Source: Adineta vaga (lineage: Eukaryota; Animalia; Rotifera). From it: DNA of 64,000 nucleotides. Below the pieces are notes generated by a model. That model searched no databases. It had not been told where the DNA came from and was given only the letters and a program-made list of their open reading frames with translations. Of the stretch, positions 1-12,529 are shown one piece after another (position 1 is the first letter of the stretch; the number at the start of each line of letters is the position of its first letter). Position numbers and translations under genes: made by a program. The stretch spans positions 7,688,001 to 7,752,000 of the forward strand of contig CP075494.1 in the NCBI GenBank assembly GCA_021613535.1, read 5' to 3'.

Positions 1-624
1 ATCATCTTTTTAAAATATATTACTATAGTGAAACATTATCGATGAGAGTGGGTGTGATTGTAGATACAGAAGAATACTTATACATCCACATTCTCTTACA
101 TATACCTCATCACTATTCTTAACCTTTTAAGCAATTTTATCGATCGATTCATTCAAATCAGTTTGAGACCAAGATAGCACTACATATCTATTATTTATGA
201 ACTATATAGCTAATTGAACATGTATGTATCACAGTCAATTACAATGTTCTTTCGTCATTAATCCAATTAAGACTCCTCGCTTCTAATTTTAAGTATCATA
301 CTCAGTCATGGTATTCTCGAGTACTTAAGTGAAATCTGTGAACATAAATTCACTTGGTTATACATTTTGCACAGAGAAACTGTTGAGAAAATTAAAAAGA
401 ATAAAAAAATCAAGAAAAATCTATGTTGTAAACTACTTCAACATCCATCAGATAAAAATAAATCTCTTTCGATTATTTTTGTTTCGCATTTGGCACTCGA
501 ATTCTCGATCGATTCCTTTTGTTCAAAGTAAAAGGAAATTGTATAAGAGAACATTCAAGAAGCTCTATTCTAAAGTCCTCTCACTATTAACAAAAAGCAA
601 ACGTAACCTGCCAATATTCGCCAG

Positions 625-2165
625 AAAGATTGAGACGACAGATTTTACTTCACAAGGAACAGCTGAATCTCAATCTAGTGATTTGCAAAAAGTGCAGAAT
701 GTTGTTTTGATCTGATTAGATAGTAGTATTGACAATAACAACGAAGTTCATCAAAACAAAATTACACAACTTCGATCTATGGTTAACGAGATTCATATAT
801 TCACCGATAATGATCAATGCGTTGTACACACGAAATTTCTCAGCTTGATTCTATTTTTATTTTTTTGTGGTGATAAGCAATGGCACGAACACTGGATTGC
901 TAAATGAACGAAAATAAAGGGCACTCACACAGGAATTATATCCATATGCGAGGCTGTGAAAGAAATGCTAGTTCCATGAGTTTCGCGACATCTGGTAAAA
1001 ACTTGGATCAATTAGAATCATCGTTTATGTATACACAACTGATAAAAGAAATATGATTAACTATCGAATCGGATGATAAACATATTTAACAATATTTTGC
1101 CTATTGTCGTAATCTATTTGATGATAATGAAAAACAAATGAAAACGATCGACCGAGATTATTATTCTCAGCGACCTAATTTTTGGTACAGTTTCATTACT
1201 TTTCTATATACCATGCTCAATCAATCTTTACGAATGAGATTTTTACTGTCTAACGTGGACGAGGATTATCGAAAGCAGACTTTGAACGAATGGTACATGC
1301 TAAAGGTAGTTTAATCTCTTTCAATAACTTTCTATCAATCAACAGGAATTATAATGTCTCTTCTGCTTTTGTACTGAGTAGTGCAGGTAATCCTGATTTG
1401 GTGGGAGTTCTATTTGTTATGAAAATTAATTCAAGCGAAACAACAACATCATTCGTCTCCGTCAACTCTTTTAGTCATTTCTAAGGTGAAGATGATATTC
1501 TCTTTTCCTCAAAATATTCAGCACATGAGTGATGATAATTTACTGTATCAGATTCATTTGTCACTTACCATGGACAATGATCCAGAGCTACTTACTCTTA
1601 CGAATCACCTGAACGAAGAGAATCTTTCAAACCATGAAGGATGATTTAGATTATGTAGTAAACTCATGCAAATAGGTAACTATCGCAAGGACGAAGAGAT
1701 TTATCAAGTTATCCTACATTAAGTAATAGATGAGTTTCGCAGAGCGTATATATATAATAATCTTTGATTCATTAGACATCAACCACGGGAATACTTCAAA
1801 GCAATCACATTTTTAATAAATCACTTGCCATCAACGAAAACAAGACTTCTATTTCATCATCCCATTTTAGCTATTTCGTACAGTAACATCGGTGGTGTGC
1901 ATCTTGGCATGGATGATTATCAGCAAGCATTATCGTCATAAGAAAAAGCTCTTGCGATTCAATGGCAATCTCTTCCTTCGAATCATCTTGATCAGCTACA
2001 TTATACAACAAAATGTATTTGACACATGGCAAGGTGTGTAATAGTTTTATAACTTGAACATTTCTAGAACGTGTAGTACATGTTGCTCAACAGTCACTAC
2101 CAGCAAATCATTCGCATCTTCAACTTTACAAAAAAGAATCTCATAAGTGTAAAAAGGAATTATAA
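625..2165 (+). pseudogene. Decayed REC-like / ADP-ribosyltransferase (R-S-ExE type) / TPR-repeat gene
   Basis: Manual translation across frames gives VQNVVLI*LDSSIDNN...FTDNDQC, DQLESSFMYTQLIKEI*, TV*RGRGLS...GSLISFNNFLS...VGVLFVMKI...*GEDDILFS (ART core), then TPR-like HHPILAISYSNIGGVH...ALSS*EKALAIQ and QSLPANHSHLQLYKK...L*. Stops at 713, 905, 1054, 1087, 1251, 1482, 1642 and 1939, plus frameshifts. The 5' boundary is approximate. Confidence 0.85.
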
Positions 2166-3605
2166 CTCCTATTTGTTTGTTTTATGAAAAGAAAAGAAAT
2201 TTCTGTGCCTCTATGTGCACAGTTGGCTTTTATTGAGAATATATAGGTAATGATATTTTCAGACGATAAAACATTCATTCTCACAGTGCGTTGTGACAGA
2301 CCGGATGGTTATGATTTAGATCAGTGAATGTTTAATTTAGAGAGTATTCAAAATGAATAAGAAAAAACAAGAAATATATTGACTGCAAGAGCGGTAAACT
2401 GTAAGCACTGATCTTTTTTGCCAAAAAAAGTCTCTACAATTGAAATACTAATTCTATTTTAGGCAAAGAAATACGGATATTAATAACAGAAATATTATCA
2501 CAATTACATAGTTACTAAAAGATTGGATGACAAAAATAGTCAATTTAAAAGCACTTAAAATTCCAGATTTCGATTACTCCATAAGCAAAGTTTTATCGAT
2601 TGACACCTGATGTCTTCATTGATTTACCGGAAGTCATTACACAAGAAATAAAGAATTCATATGCATATTGAAAGAATAAAAAAGAATATAATAGATTCGA
2701 GTTATTTATAATTGATAGTAAAACCGTAAGATGGAATTCCAATGCTTGATTTTTGAGAATATATATATATAATCACGACAAATAACAAATCAATAAATTA
2801 ATTATTAGCCATGTGACGTTATTTCAATTGCTCCGAAACAAATTCTAACGAGTATAATCGTCGTTTTTTCTCCGGTCAAAAAGACATTTTTATTATTTTC
2901 ATTGACGAACATCCTGTATATTTTAATTTAATGCATGAAATAGATTAATATGATGCAAACAAAAAAGAAACAACAAGTTCTTAGTCAAGCATAAATTATT
3001 AATCATATACATGAGGTACCATAGTGTAAATGATATGCATAGAAGTTTAATTCTTTCCAAAACTTTACTGGCAATTCTTCATTGAATTTAATAAATAATT
3101 TCTTTGCAGAATATCTCGAAGGTTTTCATCTGTTCATTCATGTGTAATATGAATCCATGAACTTCGTACCATGATAGTACATTATTCTAGTTCTTTTTCC
3201 TGACAAAATCTCATGGTGTAAATGCGATTGTAATGTTTATTTTCAGATAAAATTCGATAATATTTTTTTGTATTATTTGCTTGAATGAATCAATGTCTGG
3301 TTAAGTAGCATTGAAAAATAAAAAAGCGGAAATGTTAGTGGTGTCGTCGAGTTCATCTCTAATGAGTAAAATCTTTTGATTCTTTAATATATATATATAT
3401 ATTAATAATATTCTTCTTATTTTGTTTCATAATTATATGTTACTTAGGAAAAGAGAAGATATTTACGTACATGAAGAACAAAACTAAGTGAGAGAGAGAG
3501 AAAGAAAATCTGTTTCAATTTCTTCTTCATTTTAATATATTTGATTCATTTTCTACCTAATTATTCATTGGTTATAACTACAGAACAAAAAAGTATTGCT
3601 TTACG

Positions 3606-3635
3606 TTCTTCTTCTTCTTCTTCTTCTTCTTCTTC
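3606..3635 (+). repeat. (TTC)10 microsatellite
   Basis: Directly visible. Confidence 0.95.
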
Positions 3636-3831
3636 TTTACATTCGGTCGACAACATACTGATGACTAGAGATAGTTAACGACACTGAAAGAAAAAACTGC
3701 CCGACAACTCGACCGAACCTCTCGTCTGATTTATTAGACAGCTCTTCATTTTTTTTCTTCTTCTTCGTTTTCTCTATTTCTTTCTGTTCTTCATACTGAC
3801 TACACCATCTATCTTCAACGTTACTGTTAAT

Positions 3832-3859
3832 ATAATAATAATAATATTATTATTATTAT
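3832..3859. repeat. Perfect 28-bp AT-only palindrome, (AAT)n followed by (ATT)n
   Basis: Arms 3832-3845 and 3846-3859 are exact reverse complements. Confidence 0.9.
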
Positions 3860-4756
3860 TTTCGAGAGCAGTTCTCCCTCTTTCTCTCCCTTCTCGCTTT
3901 TTTTTCTCTTCAATATTAATTTTTTTCCTATACATCTAGTCATTCAACTCGACAAGAATAAACAAAGACAGTTTAACTACGAGAATGACATTCGTCGATT
4001 CTTTTATTTTATTTTTTCTTCCCTTAACTATCATTTCTATTGACTAGGCATCGGTGCGCATATAGGAAGAGAAGAGAAGAAGAAGAATTCGTTTTCATTT
4101 TCGATTAGTTATCGATATATCATGACGTGATCGTATAATACTTTCTTTTTAACAGAGGAATAGACAAAAAAAGAAATGATTAAAAGTCAAAAAACATTCT
4201 TTTCTTAATTAACTTTCCCTTGTTTTTGCTTCACTTATTTGTTATTTAATTAGAGAAAGACAGACATATCGATCTAACTGATAAACTAAGGTAAGAAAAA
4301 GATTTCATCTAAGAAAAGAAAACTTTCAAACGAGAATGAAAAATGTTGTTAATCTCTTTTTAATTATTATTTCTTATTATGTCGACACATAAAAGAAGAG
4401 AGAGAAAGAAAGAAAAGGCTTTTCGATTTTGATTTTGATGAGGAAAAATTGGAAGACTAAAAAGCAACGACTAGATTACTTTTTGATTCTTATATGTATG
4501 TACATCTATATATGACCGTACCCAAGACGGTTAATGTGTTGGCAATTAAACTTGGCCTATCTCTTTTTTTTCTCCCCTCTCATATAACACTATATATTCG
4601 TGAATATGCAAATCGAGCGCGAATAAACGAGGCTTGTATTTGTGTTAATCGCCGATCATTTTCTCTCTTTCCCTTTTGCATTGTACGATTCTTTCTTCTC
4701 TCTCTCTCTCTCTCTGTCTATCTTTATTTTTATAGACATTGATAGGTACTGGACTG

Positions 4757-6775
4757 ATGACGATGGAAGTATCATCGAATAGTCGAGATGGATTATCATC
4801 AACATCATTACAGTTATCTGTTGAACAATGGGAATTACTACGACGTTTACGTAATAGTCATCTAACGAAATCACAAATTATACGTGCTTACGATGAATTA
4901 GATCGACTTGATCGTGAACTTGGAAATCTGTTTAATACTGCACATTCAACATCATCAACAATCACTCATTCTATTGATCCTGTTTCACCCTCAACGACAA
5001 TTACACAACAAATTTCTCCATCATCATCATCGATATCCAATCATAACAATAATAAACGACCACATAGTCAGACCGTTAATGGTTTAACCAATAGAACATC
5101 CAATGGACATCATTATACAACAACAACACCAACACCAAGTGTTAATAATACACGTCCACGAAATTCTACGAATGATCTTAATATAAGCAATGGAAATCAA
5201 TATGAACCTCTTAATTCCAATGATATTGAAGAAGAAACAAGAGAATTACAAGAACTAATTTCGTATGTATTTATAGTTAATTAATTATTCAACGTGAAGA
5301 TGTGTAGAAAGTGATTTCACTTGACAACACTAATGAAAGCTTAAAGTTCAATAGAAATGTTTATTTCTCTCTATCTTATCGAGAAAAAAGTTTTTATTAC
5401 TTATTATCAAGTAATAAATATCAAGGTTATAAACTAATCGATAAATAATCATAAATTAATTTATTGCTTTTCTTTCGATTTCTTTTCTCTTTCTCGTCAA
5501 ATTCACATTACGATCTTATCACGTTTTATTATTAGTAATCAAATAATTATCACACGATTTAATTACTTTTATCAATGTTTTCTTTTCTTCGATTCTTTTA
5601 AAGGAAAGGTGATGCAACTATTCACAATGAAATCTCTGTCTTTGTTTATCGATATGATCTCAAACAATCTCAAATAGCTCGAATGGCTTGTAAGATTATT
5701 TCTTTTTTTCTTCTTCTTCATTCTTGTAACTGTCATTTATTTTAGCCGTAAATCAAGCATATGTGTCGAAATTTTTACGTGGTGATTTATTTGATCTATC
5801 TGAAAATGGCCGAATGGCTATTTGTCGATGGTATATTCGATATAAAAAAATCGTTCAATCAATGGGTAAATGAGATTCAATACTATTGACCTTTGAAATG
5901 AATAATACATTCAAATTTCGTCTATTTAGGTAATGGTCCACCGTCGACAGAATTACTTGCGAATTTCACATCTTCTAGTGAACCACCAACGAAAGTTCCA
6001 CGTCTTTCGGAATCTCAAACAAATAATAATGCATCACCTGTTTCATTTGATGCACCAAAACGTACACGATTTACTTTTCGTCCTGAACATCTTGATGTAA
6101 GTTATTTTCTTTGACGAATTAGATTTAGTGATATTCAATTGTAGATTTTGGAAAAATCTTTTCTCGATAATCCTTATCCCGATCCTCGTCGTCGTGAAGA
6201 AATTGCTCGAATATGCAACGAAGCACGAACACGTGGGGATGGAAGTAATGAACTTTTAACTGAACGTGATCGAGTCACAGATGCAATCGTTACACATTGG
6301 TTTCAAAACAAACGAAAAATGGCGAAAACTCAACGAGGTATACATACATATCATCTCATTCTTCATCAAACAAAAAGTTCTTTCTTTTCTAGTTTCAATA
6401 CACGATGAATCAATGTCATATGGTCTCTCCAATAATAATAATAATAATAATAATAGTAATAATCATATATCGACAATAAATGATTTTGAAAATATCAATG
6501 GTGATGATGATGTACATATTCAACCACAAGCACAAAAATCAGCTGTACCTATCGTTGATATGGATTGTTATGATACATCATCATCTTTACTTGATCCTCA
6601 AATGGCTGCTTATCGAGCGATTATGAGTCGAATGGTACCATTTGGAAATAATGTAAATGGAATTCATTCTCCCAAACGATTTGTTAAACAAGAACCATAT
6701 CAAAATCCAGATGAATCAAGTCGAGGTGAAGAATCCAATTCATCATCACCATTAAATGAGCAGTTATCACCGTGA
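4757..6775 (+). CDS. HMBOX1: HNF-class homeobox protein, HMBOX1-like (6 coding exons)
   Basis: N-terminal SVEQWELLRRLRNSHLTKSQIIRAYDELDRLD resembles the HMBOX1 N-terminal domain. POU-specific-like segment LKQSQIARMASVNQAYVSKFL. Homeodomain KRTRFTFRPEHLDILEKSFLDNPYPD...WFQNKRK has the long helix2-helix3 insertion typical of the HNF class. GT-AG introns join the exons in frame. Confidence 0.8.
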
Positions 6776-7575
6776 ATTTACACATAAGAAGAAACAAACA
6801 AAACAAAAAAATGGAAATTCTCTTTATATAAATCTAATTCTATTCTTGTTTATTCTAGTCTCTGTCTGTATCTGTGTAATGTAACACATACATTCCTTTA
6901 CTTTTCTTTTTCCAATATAAATATTAAAAAAAAGACTTTTTTTTCTCGTATGTAGAATGAAAATAGATTAGTCAATGATAGCATTGATTAGTTATTCTTG
7001 TTATATAATTGCAACTAGATTAAAATTTAATGTAAATTTTTATTTAGAAAAATCTAATTTAACTTGACAAGAATATATTTCCATGTAATTAATTTAATAT
7101 ATTTTTTTTTGTTTTCAAGATGAAAAACTAGCCAATATTCAACGATATACGCTTTAATAAATTTGTACTTTAAGTGAAAACATATCTAGTGAAAAACTAA
7201 TGAAGATATTTACACCTTCTCTCTCTCTCTTTTTTATAAATAAATATTGATTTCATAATAACGAAAAATCAATAGAGAAATATTCACTAACATATGAATT
7301 AATATGCAAAGTATTGAGAAATAAAACTTATTATTGAGTTCCTTACATGATATTATTTATGTTCATTTTATTAACTTTTATATAACTCAAAAACGGCGTC
7401 AATCTGATCAATTAACAAAAAAGAAAACAGAAATTAATAAAAGGCAACACTCCTAATTAGATCCTAGTTAGAGATAAAACGATAAAGAGATTCAATCAAT
7501 ATATAAGTCTTGAATAATAAGAATTTGACTAGTGCATCTTTCGCTTGTACAAAATAACAGATCGTATGAGAAAAA

Positions 7576-10500
7576 TTAACGGGCAGCCATTACACCAAGA
7601 GTTAGGACATCATTGCATAATTGACATACTCGAACGGGTTTCTGTAAATTGAACTTCATTATTGGTAATTCATTCGTGGAACAACGTTTACAGAGAACTC
7701 GACCACAATGTCGACTAAAAGACATAAAAAAACATTTCAAAAGAAAGACGTATTTTGAGAAACAAACCAATGATGTCGTCGATTGGTAATTGTAAATTTA
7801 ATTCCACATTCTAAACATGTTTCACTTTCACCCCATGGTGGCTCACGAGGAATAACATCTATTGAATTGAAATCTTTACCAACAAATGTCTTCTTTTTAT
7901 TTAACTTACCGAGAATATTAACTAGTAAAGCTTTACTTGCTGTTGGCATCGTAAATATTGAAAGTAAATCATGATTACATATACTTAAATTAGCACCTGA
8001 TGTTACAAGTGCACGGCACAATGGTCCATGACCATTTTTATATGCTAAGAGAAGAGCTGAAAAACAATTTCGATACAAATTATTCTTTCCTTTTAACAAA
8101 TCTACCTGAATTTCCTTGAGCATCTTGAATATCCAATGGAAAATTCGGATAGAATTGTAATAAACTCGCAAATATTGTATGAGCATTCTCCATACTATAA
8201 TATGCTAACACATGAAGACAATTCATTCCTCTAAATAATTCAAAACCATCAACAATATAACAAAATATACAATCTATCATACTTATTGTTAAGTGCAAAG
8301 ACACCGATATCTGATTCCGATAATAATCGGCGTACAACATCGGAATGACCATGTTGAACAGCCAAATGAAGTGCTAAATTATGTTAAAATCCGAATAAAA
8401 TCATATTGAGTCTATCAAAATCATACCCGTATTTTGATTTGTATCTGATAAATTCGTTTGAATATGATTTTCAATAAGGATACTACAAATAGAACCACGA
8501 TTATTTTCCGAAGCAATATGTAATCCAGATCGACGATTGGCTGTTACATCATTAATATTCGCTCCAGCTAATAACTAAAATCAACATATATGTAGTTCGT
8601 ATTGCTCAAAATCAAACAACTGAAAATAGTATCATACTAGATTTCTTAGAATAATTTCATTGCCTGTTTGTACACATAAATGAAGTGGTGTTAATTGACT
8701 GGCATCTTGTACTCGATTATTGACATTGACATGAACAGTTAATAGAAATAGAACACTTTCAATATCACCATTTTGCACTGCGATATGAAGGAAATTTCGT
8801 CCTTTATTATCAATCTAAATGAACGATTTCATTAGTTAACAAGAAGAGTTGACGATCGAATAGGCTTTTACTTGTTCAGCTGCTTTTGGTTCTCGTTTAA
8901 GAATAAGATTTGCTGCTTCATTATTTTTGGAAACAATTGAACAAGCAAATGCTGTTTGATTTTGTTTATTACGAATAGATAGATCTAGATTTGGTGCACG
9001 AATTAAAAGATTTATAATATTTAAATGTTGATTGATAATTGCAACATGAAGAGGAGTATTTCCTTCAGCATCCTACATTCAAAATGATCGTTCATTCATG
9101 TATATGAAATTTTCAATTCATACTTTTTTATTGATATCTGCATGGTGTTCAATTAATGTTGAAACTACACGTTCAAGACCCCATTGACAAGCTAAACATG
9201 ACGAGAAAAGATCAAATAATTCAAACGAATTCCTTAATAATTACCTAGATGTAATGGACTTTCGAGAGTTTTACATATATCCGGTGCTTCACCATTAAAA
9301 CCAACTTGACGTGGAGAATTAATATCACAACCGCTATATTAAATAACAAGAGATTATTCAAAGAGAAATTAAATCATATCTTCATACCTTCGAATAAGAA
9401 AACAAGCGACACTTTCATTATTTTCATCAATTGCTCGATGTAATAACGTTTGTCGACAATTATCCGGTCCACTCGACCATCTATTAATAAAAAAGCATAT
9501 CATTCCTAGTACACACGATCTCATCACGAAGAAATTTGAATTACATACTGTGTGCTATCACAACCAAATTTAACTAATATTGTGGCAATATCTTCTTGTC
9601 CTGAATCTAATGCACTCCATATCACACTATTTCCATTTTCGTCAATGATATTCATATTCACACTATTTCGACAAAGTGCTTCGACAACGGATGGTAAATG
9701 ATATTTAACAGCAAGTTGTATCGGACATAGACCATGTGTTTTTTGATTAACATCAACATTTTGTTCTAGTAGGAAGAGTGCTGCTTGAACATTCTGTTTC
9801 ATTATAGCTTGTGCTAATAAAGGTATTTGATCCGAATCGGTTATATTGATTTGTGCATGACCAATTTGTAAAAGTTGTTTAGCAATTGGTAACATATTCA
9901 TCCAAAGTGTTAAAGAAAACACACTTTGACCATGTTCATCTTGTAGATTAAAATTTGGTTTGATGTTATGATCATCTGAATTTCTTTCGAGAATATTTAT
10001 ATAAATCGAAAGTATACGTTCTTGTAAAGCATAAACAGCACGATGAATTGGTGTTTGAAGACCGACATTTTCATTTACTTCATCAGCTAATGATGAAGTG
10101 ACATGTGTTTGAAGATTTGGATTAGCACCATGTTCTAACAAAACATGTGTCATTTTTTCTAAACCATATTGTGATGTTAAATGTAATGCTGTTTCACCTT
10201 GTTTATTCGTATGATTAATCGAAGCACCCTTCTTTATTAAATAAAGACCAGCAGATTGATATTGATGACGAGCACATTTATGAAGGAGTGAATCATGCAA
10301 GAATGGATCAATCGCATCAATACTTGCACCACGATCAACAAGTAAACTTACAAATGTTTCATCATCCAAATCTAAATCTAAACAAAAAACGTAACATGAT
10401 GATTTTTTATTTCTTTCTACAACTTACGTTTACGCTCTGCTTGTTGAAGTGCAAGCCAAAGTGATACATGATCATCAAGATTTCTTTCATCCAATGAGAG

Positions 10501-12059
10501 ATTAACTACTTTTAATAACTCTCGAAAAACATCCATATTTTCAGCTAATATCGCTCGATGAAGACATGTATTTCCTTGTATATCTTTTGATTTGCATCAG
10601 CTCCACATTCGAGCATTAATTGTGCAACACGACACATACCATCAAGAATATCAGATGAAAGTTCATTGGGATTTAAACTACTTAATAAATGTAATGGTGT
10701 TTCACGTTTGGAACTTGTTTGATGATTGAATAAACAGGAATGTTTGATAAGAAATGTTGCTGAATGTTCATCACCTAAAATCAAAAAAGGGTTTCGATAG
10801 AAAAAAAGAATTCAATAATCGAACCTCGCTTTATGGCTAAATGAAGTAATGTTTGATTATCATCATCAATATGATTGATATCTGCTTTATGACGAACAAG
10901 ATTTTCTGCCATACTATCTTGTTTAGTTTTTAATGCTAATTCAAGTGCCAATTCATTATGATCATCAATTTCATTGACACGTTCATTTAACTAAAAAAGA
11001 TAGTTTGAAATGAAATGATTTAATATTGATATGAGCAACTTACATCTGCATCGTTATCAATTAAATAGAGAAACAGAACATCTTCACGTTTCATTCGTAC
11101 AGCTTGATGAAGTGAATATTTTGTTTGTTGTTTAAATAGTTTATAAGTCATCGATGCTGATAAATATTGAAAATCTTCACTTGTAAAATCATTCTAAACA
11201 TACAATGAATAAAAATGATGAGAGTATTCTTCTATCGAATCAACTTACCCAATGTGTACTGATTAATTGAGTACAATGTGTAAGAAGAACAGTAGCATTA
11301 ATTTCTTCAGCTATTTTATAAAATTTCAAACAATTTCGAACAGTTATAGCTGATATCAATGCAATTTCACATCTAAATAAATAGGCAAACGAAGGAATTA
11401 AATAAGAAATACAAATCAAAGCATACTGTTCGATTAATTCATTTAATTCAAATCTTTTGGCAATTTTCATCAATGTTAAAAGAAAATCGTCATTTTGCTT
11501 TTCAACAATTTCATCTGTATAAACCCATTTTATCAATTGAAATCCTACATCATATGGAATGTCTACAATAGAAAACATTCTATTTCAAATCGAAATCATA
11601 TTTCAATTTCTCACCTGATAGATCAAGTTCAGCTGCATCATCTAATTGTTGTGAATCCCATTTTCGACTTCTTGCTGCTAATATAAATCGATGTCCATAC
11701 AAAGTTTCACCATCAAGTTTTATTGAAATATCACTTGAAAATAAAAACCCAAACAGAATAAATCAAATGAGATGAATCATATTGATATTTACCTATAAAG
11801 TTCTCGATTGAATAACTCGGCAACAGTTTTCAACAATCGACAAATAAATGAATCTTGATCAAGTTTTGTTGTTACATTGAGAATATTATAATTTTTTTCT
11901 AATGTTTTATAACGTTGTTGAAGTTTAACATATTCTTCACGAAGAAGAACTAAATGCTGTTGTAATTTATTAATTTCACCTATAATAAGAAAATGAATGA
12001 TCAGTTAAGAAAGAAAAAGAATCCTAAAAGTAGTCACCTTGAGCATCACCATTGCTCAT
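7576..12059 (-). CDS. ANKFY1: Rabankyrin-5: BTB, ankyrin repeats and C-terminal FYVE domain (multi-exon; one apparent frameshift near 10585)
   Basis: N-terminal LQQHLVLLREEYVKLQ coiled coil, BTB/BACK region, many ankyrin repeats (GETALH, TLLHRAIDENNE, GRNFLHIAVQ), and FYVE domain [25 protein letters not shown]...VRVCQLC. Confidence 0.93.
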
Positions 12060-12529
12060 TGTTATTGTAAATAAAGTAAGTCTATCAAAAATTAAATCTA
12101 AAATAATCTTCTATTCCAGACTATACATGTTGGATACTTGATTATCTTTCTATGGTTAAAAGTTTGAACCAAAGATATTCGAACAGATTACTAGTGACAT
12201 CTCATTCAAAAAAAAGGATGATGTATTAGTGCGAAACAAAAGATTGACACTTATATTGAACGTTTAGTTAAAGATGTCTAGCACTTTGTTTTTTAATTCT
12301 ATTAACAACTTGATGTATGATTATAGTATGTGAAGAAATAACTTTTGAATTGAAACTTTATTCTTTCTCTAGCTTAGTTATATTCATAGTTATGCCTAGG
12401 GATATAATATTTATTGTTCTGAATTTTTTATTTGAACTTAATAAATAAATACTTTTGAATAGTAAAGAAATACAAGAGATAGATAGATAGATAAGACTAT
12501 CCAGAAAGAGAAAGTGTTAGTATTGAAAT

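Noticed and set aside
329-620. 5' part of ORF 329..715
   Set aside because: GTG start and K/F/I-rich composition typical of chance AT-rich ORFs. Only its last ~30 codons belong to the pseudogene.
713-1644. Three expected Trp positions in the ART-TPR relic are TGA, suggesting UGA=Trp or readthrough
   Set aside because: TAA stops and frameshifts are also present, and neighbouring genes use TGG for Trp and TGA as stop. This is ordinary pseudogene decay.
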